Position numbers and translations under genes: made by a program. The notes under the pieces are model-generated. The model saw only the letters and a program-made list of their open reading frames with translations. It searched no databases and was not told the DNA's origin. DNA of 64,000 nt from Chrysomallon squamiferum (Eukaryota > Animalia > Mollusca), in contig CM022673.1 of the NCBI GenBank assembly GCA_012295275.1, positions 21,886,001-21,950,000 on the forward strand, written 5' to 3'. Below are positions 58,581-64,000 of this stretch, piece by piece (positions within the stretch are counted from its first letter, which is position 1; every line of letters begins with the position of its first letter).

Positions 58581-59729
58581 GGAAACTGGAAGACATAAAC
58601 ACAATTAACCTGCGTCCTCGTTTAATGAAATTATGCATTATATAATATAAATATTTTAAGACTAGGTTTACTGATAACAAACAATAGGTTAAAACATACA
58701 GTTTTTCTATTACCATTCTAAGAGCACAAAATCGATGTCCAAAAATTAAAATTTGGGGATTTCTGGTCTATATTTTATCAATACAAACTAGACCTCGTAT
58801 ATTTTACAATATTTCTGTATTTGATACTGTTCCGATGTTTTAGAAATATGTTATGACACTTCTTCAAAGAAAACTTTATTATCATCTCAGTGTTGCAGTT
58901 AATCAGCCTGTAAAAATTCAATGATTTTTATGTTCGGTATCACGTTTATTATACTTGACTAATCTCATTAACACGTGCTGCTTCTGTCATGGATGAATAT
59001 AATGAATAGTCTTGTAAATTTTATGCAAGGATATTAACTCTGAACGATCCTGAACATTTTATGTTACACGTTACAAACAGAGTGCTTCACAACAGCTTGC
59101 TCTGATTAGCAATGTTTTTCAGTCAGTCAGTTAGTCACATACAAGTAGTCTGATGAACTTACTTGGATGAAAGAACAAATTACGTGTAATTTTTAATTAC
59201 TTCTGTTTCGATAGCCTGACAGAAACCAATTCGTTGCAGTAATTAATGTCATGTTGAAAAATTATTTCCTTTAATAAAAGTGTGAAATGAAACACTACTA
59301 ATGGATTTACACGAACCCAAACCTCTTCCTGGTAGCTTTCTGGAGCCAAGTTGGTTGCTGTTGTTGTTTTATTTCTTGCATTCTTTTAACTTAGACTACA
59401 AAGTAGATATCTCTGGCTTTTTTTTGCAGTAAGTTAATAAAACCAAAATGTCAGTGCATATAACTGAAGACAGTATTATAATCCATACTGTAGCCAAGAA
59501 TAATTGACAAAGAACCTGTTTCTACGGATTACATGTAAACCTTTAACTTAGGAAACATAGACAAATCATGACTGGATTTGGTCTCAAGCCTTTCAAATTT
59601 AGGTGTGTTTAAAATGTTCTGCCAAATTTTGGTGTTAATATTGGATCGAAATTAATTGAAAACGTGTGTATAATTAGCTGTAGTCACTCAGGAATGTATG
59701 ACAGGGATTAGCATAGTGTTAGGGCCAGA

Positions 59730-59795
59730 ACATCCTTGATCTTGCGACCTGTCACGTTTCAGATCTGCAGTCTAACCATTTAGCCACTGTTTCCC
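59730..59795 (-). mobile_element. tRNA-derived SINE head remnant
   Basis: Minus strand GTGGCTAAATGGTTAGACTGCAGATC...AGGTCGCAAGATCAAGG: an A-box plus a degenerate B-box at tRNA-like spacing. Confidence 0.45.
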
Positions 59796-59907
59796 ACTTT
59801 AATAACGAGAAGACAAAATAAAAATTATATTCGATTTTTTCTTCATTTTTTCTTGCGTTAGATATTAAAATTAAATATTATATAGAAAATTCTGGATATT
59901 TTATTTA

Positions 59908-59977
<70 letters not shown>

Positions 59978-61519
59978 TACTGTATTTGTCAATGAAATGT
60001 GAACCAATATTTGTTTTCTGAAATAGTTCTTAAGAATGAAACAAATTCTTCGTTTAGTCAAATGTGACAACTGCGTTCTTTATTTAATTATAAATGACTT
60101 CACAAAATGTGGTGAGTAATATTTGATCTGCTTCTATCGTAATATCAAAAATACTAGTAATTTACCAAAAACAACTTGATATTTTTTTTATATATTCCGC
60201 GAAACAATCGTTTTCCCCTGAAGCACAAACATAATTTACTTCCGTTCAGCTAATTTAAGAAAAAAAACCCATCGGTAATGGCATCGTAGCAGAGCAAAAT
60301 ATGATACAGTAATGATACCTTGTTTCACGAATATACGACAAATGTATTTAATAAGTATTTTTTGCGTTTATATGAATGTAAATGTGACTCTATGTGTTGG
60401 TGTATAGGGGAGCGTTTCTTTTCTGTCAACGATAAACGCATTTAAAAGAGGATGAGTTTGCGTATATGTATTACTTTTAAACGACTGACGAGTCATTAAG
60501 TTTAATGGTTATTAGGTTTCCATATAACGGGTACTCGCATATTAGCAATAAATGTTCGTTTTCCTTACAGGCTGAGAAGTGTGTGTGTGTGTGTGTGCGT
60601 GTGTGCGTGTGTGTGCGTGTGTGTGCGCGCGTGTTCGTATGTGTGCGCGCGCGTCATGGTCGTCTATAAATAGTCAGAGAATTTTATCTGACATGTACGG
60701 AAGCACATAACATGGTCGTTTATACACCACGTGGCATCTGAAAGAAAAAATAAGCAATAAAGACTTCCCGATGACAGGTCTATTTCTTCACCGTGCACTC
60801 AGTCTTTGATGCAACTTTGCAAAAGCAATATACCCATACACTGTATACACACACATATATTACGGTATATTATTTTTTGATACATTTAGTTCTTAATAAA
60901 TTACTTATTTCAAGACTACAAGTACTGCAGGATTATTAGATTTCATGTGTTTATAGTGTGCTAATTCTGTGACATATTCACAAGTCATTCTTGGATTAGT
61001 ACTAAATCGTTTAGTTAATCTGCTAACGTAAAGCAAATGTTTGATTCAAATTAAACCTTAATTAGGATAAAGTTGGTAATTATCATGTTTCATATCAGTT
61101 TTATAATAGTGGTGCTACATTTATAGTTAGTTTAACAGTTACAGTTCATTATCCAAAATACAATATCGTTAGGATTGATTGGTCTATGCAGGTTACAAAC
61201 TTGTATTTGAATGTTCTTCTTACAAATAAACCTTGTAAACTATTCAAAGATTTTTACAATGTATAGTTTGTACAGTACAAAGAAATGGTACTATCATTTC
61301 ATTCACTTGCATCAAGTTTACAATGATAAAGTAACTTTTCTTAAAAACTGAATTGTTAGTACCAGTGTTTCAACTCTGGCTCAAAAAGTTATGAGGAACG
61401 GTTTAAATGAGCTTTCCAAAGCGATCTCAATTGTGTAGAATTTCTTACACTATTTGTCAGCTAGTGATTAGATAGGTCTGGTTATCGCCATCACTGAAAT
61501 GCATGCATGAAGTTAAATT

Positions 61520-61562
61520 GAAAACAAAACAAGTAAATTATAATGTGAAATAGGAATTTATT
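61520..61562 (-). terminator. Candidate polyadenylation site of an upstream minus-strand gene
   Basis: AATAAA (61562-61557), CA about 10 nt downstream, then U/GU-rich TTGTTTTGTTTT. A second AATAAA is near 61610. Marks the edge of a CpG-poor block. Confidence 0.45.
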
Positions 61563-64000
61563 GTCATTGGTCATTGGCTTCTGAATTACATATTAACAAT
61601 AAAAACATTTATTAAACTAATTATCTTTCTGTGGGAAGTTGTCTAGTCATGGGGGTAAAATTCTACATAAAACATGCTACTTAAGAAGTCTTAAAAACAG
61701 GCCTGGTGATCTTCCCACAAGAGTGGAGGTTCTTGACAATTATAAAACTGAATATTTTTTCTTCACTTTTATTCTGTATTTATTTTAGAATTACTTTGCA
61801 AAAGAATTAGTTAAGGGGTGGGGCTGTTAACAGACTTGATAAAATAATTATTTCCACTCAAGATAACAGAAGGTCCATTTTTCTGATAGGAGACAAGTGA
61901 TTATGATTACACATGGACACACAAATGCGCTTCTTTTTCGATACCATGACATGGGTTCCAGTATGATTAGAAAATAATTTAATTGTATATAAAGTTTATT
62001 TAGGAAAAATTTCATTTTGTTTTTGAAATTATGCAAGTAAAATTAAATATAATTGAGCAAAGACATACAAATTTGATTTCAGCTTCACAGCATTTATTCA
62101 GTTTTGAAGCCAATTCATCATGGCCTGTCTTTCAAAGGCACACAAGAAAATCACACTTGCAACACCTTGGTGAAAATGATAAAATTTGTATGTAATTGGA
62201 AAACTTCCAATTTAACCATGGCTTACCAGAAGACATGCTGAAATTTAAATTCTAAAACTTTTTATAATAATATTATCAAGAACAATTTTACAACAATGTG
62301 AACCCAATTATATTTCAACCTTCAGAGGAAGGCTTGTTTTTGATCAAAATAAATGTGATATGTTTTACAAGTAAATGGAGAAATGAGAAAACCCAAATGA
62401 ATGGCATGATATCAAATACTGTGCTGCTGTTTTGTAAGCTGCACAGTAAAAAAGGGTGCAATCTGCGTTCTATTTCACTGGGTCATTCCTGGGGCCTCAA
62501 CTCTCCCTCCCTCAAACATAAAACACCCCAAACAATGAAGCATTCCGTCATCATCATTCTGCACATCATCAACACCGGTTCTGTCACAGCAAAGTCAAAG
62601 ACAACCTTCAATCACAACTAAGGCTGCATAACATTATTAAATGATGTCTTGGGCACTGTTAAATTCTTCCCCCCAAATAAAACTGTGTCGAACAACCCAC
62701 CCATAATTATCAAAAACAAACTCATCATCAAAGCACCAGCTTCAGATTTTAAAAATGAAATTTTATATTTCAAGTTACTCCCCATAAGCCAAAATATAGT
62801 TTATAAGTGCGACAAGAATACAAAGTCAATTCAATAATTAGAAAATCAATATATTTTGATTATTACAAAACAGTAACCATATTAACCTTTTTAAAAATTA
62901 TTTTTTTTTTAATGTACAATTTGTATCAATTTTCTTAAAAATATAAATTATACAAAAACTATCAGAAAAAATTCATTAATCATATATAGAATCATATAAA
63001 AAAGAAAAAAAAAGGATCAAATGTGATTCTGAAATATTAGTTTACAATATAATACACATGTGCCAGAGATATTATTTAACAAAATTATGTTGGTCTTACA
63101 AACAATGACTGGTCCCTACTCTGCAGTCACACAACACATTTTTGTTTTTTTTTGTTTTTGTTAATTTCCACCCTCTACCACACCAGTGTCACACCGTGTT
63201 TTGCTGTACAAATGTGCTGCTGGTAAATATCCAGTCATGACCTTCCCACAATCTTCATTCCACTACCTTCTAGTAGTCTAGAAGAAAAACATTTGGATTA
63301 GCACCCATCAGTAATGAAAAAAATGCACAGATTTTGACAGTTTCAAAATCTAAGCTGTTCAAAAGAAAATGTATCAAAAATTAATAAAAACAACCAAGTA
63401 CTGAATTTCGATTTTCATTACTGTTATCTTTTTTTTTTTTAAAAACCATCGGAATTTTTTCAATTCAGTATCAAAATTTCTTTAAAAACTACATACATTT
63501 TCTTAACAGCTTAAGCCAAGAGATCTGCCTTCAAAAGATGAATGTATGTTTGTCAAATGCTGAACTGTGCTTTGAAAAATTCAAAGTGGTGTTAAAGTCA
63601 ACTGGAATGTAACACTGATTGAACTCAGCAGCTATGGGACACACCATTTAGGATATTTATTGCTTATTGTGTTTACAATGGCTGAATCTGCATATCCATA
63701 TCTCTACATAAATGTGAAAATTTATCTCTTATTGATACAGAACACAAAAATATCTTACTTTGACCTTTTTATTTATGAAAAATCCTTTCACACAGAAATA
63801 AACTGATTTTTTTTTAAATTACATAAAATAATAATAGTCTGTGTCCCAAAACTACTGAACAATGTAATGTGCACACTTATCAACTTACATGTTGTTTTTA
63901 AAATATACTTCTACAAATGAGGTTGAATTTAACAGCTGTGAACCAGTTACACTAATAATTAAAGAATGGAGCCGAGGGGTGGAAAGGGCCTGTAACACAG

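Noticed and set aside
62298-62837. Plus-strand ORFs of 107 and 62 aa
   Set aside because: Non-ATG starts and no domain signal; more consistent with the antisense of a 3' UTR.

Overview
AT-rich, microsatellite-dense animal genomic DNA, probably molluscan (inferred from repeat style and gene structure). Most ORFs in the supplied track are microsatellite artefacts. Manual splicing of the minus strand gives two intron-containing genes in tandem. (1) A 10-coding-exon class B1 (secretin-family), calcitonin/CGRP/DH31-receptor-like GPCR (36114->6963, 468 aa as written). All splice phases are consistent. It has an extra Cys-rich N-terminal segment, no visible signal peptide, and a probable 1-nt frameshift that truncates its C-tail. 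(2) About 2.6 kb downstream, a secreted protein missed as a gene by the ORF track: signal-peptide exon 4192-4260, micro-exon 1739-1772 and a 1206-nt exon 104-1309 with 32 copies of a Tyr/His/acid/Thr decapeptide (YRHDETTPDY). It runs off the left edge. The GPCR introns hold a 40-bp minisatellite that multiplies a splice acceptor, a 56-bp array of E-boxes, a 74-bp satellite and a fold-back hairpin. There is a promoter-like cluster near 58.5 kb, and the last ~2.5 kb resembles the CpG-poor 3' end of another minus-strand gene.
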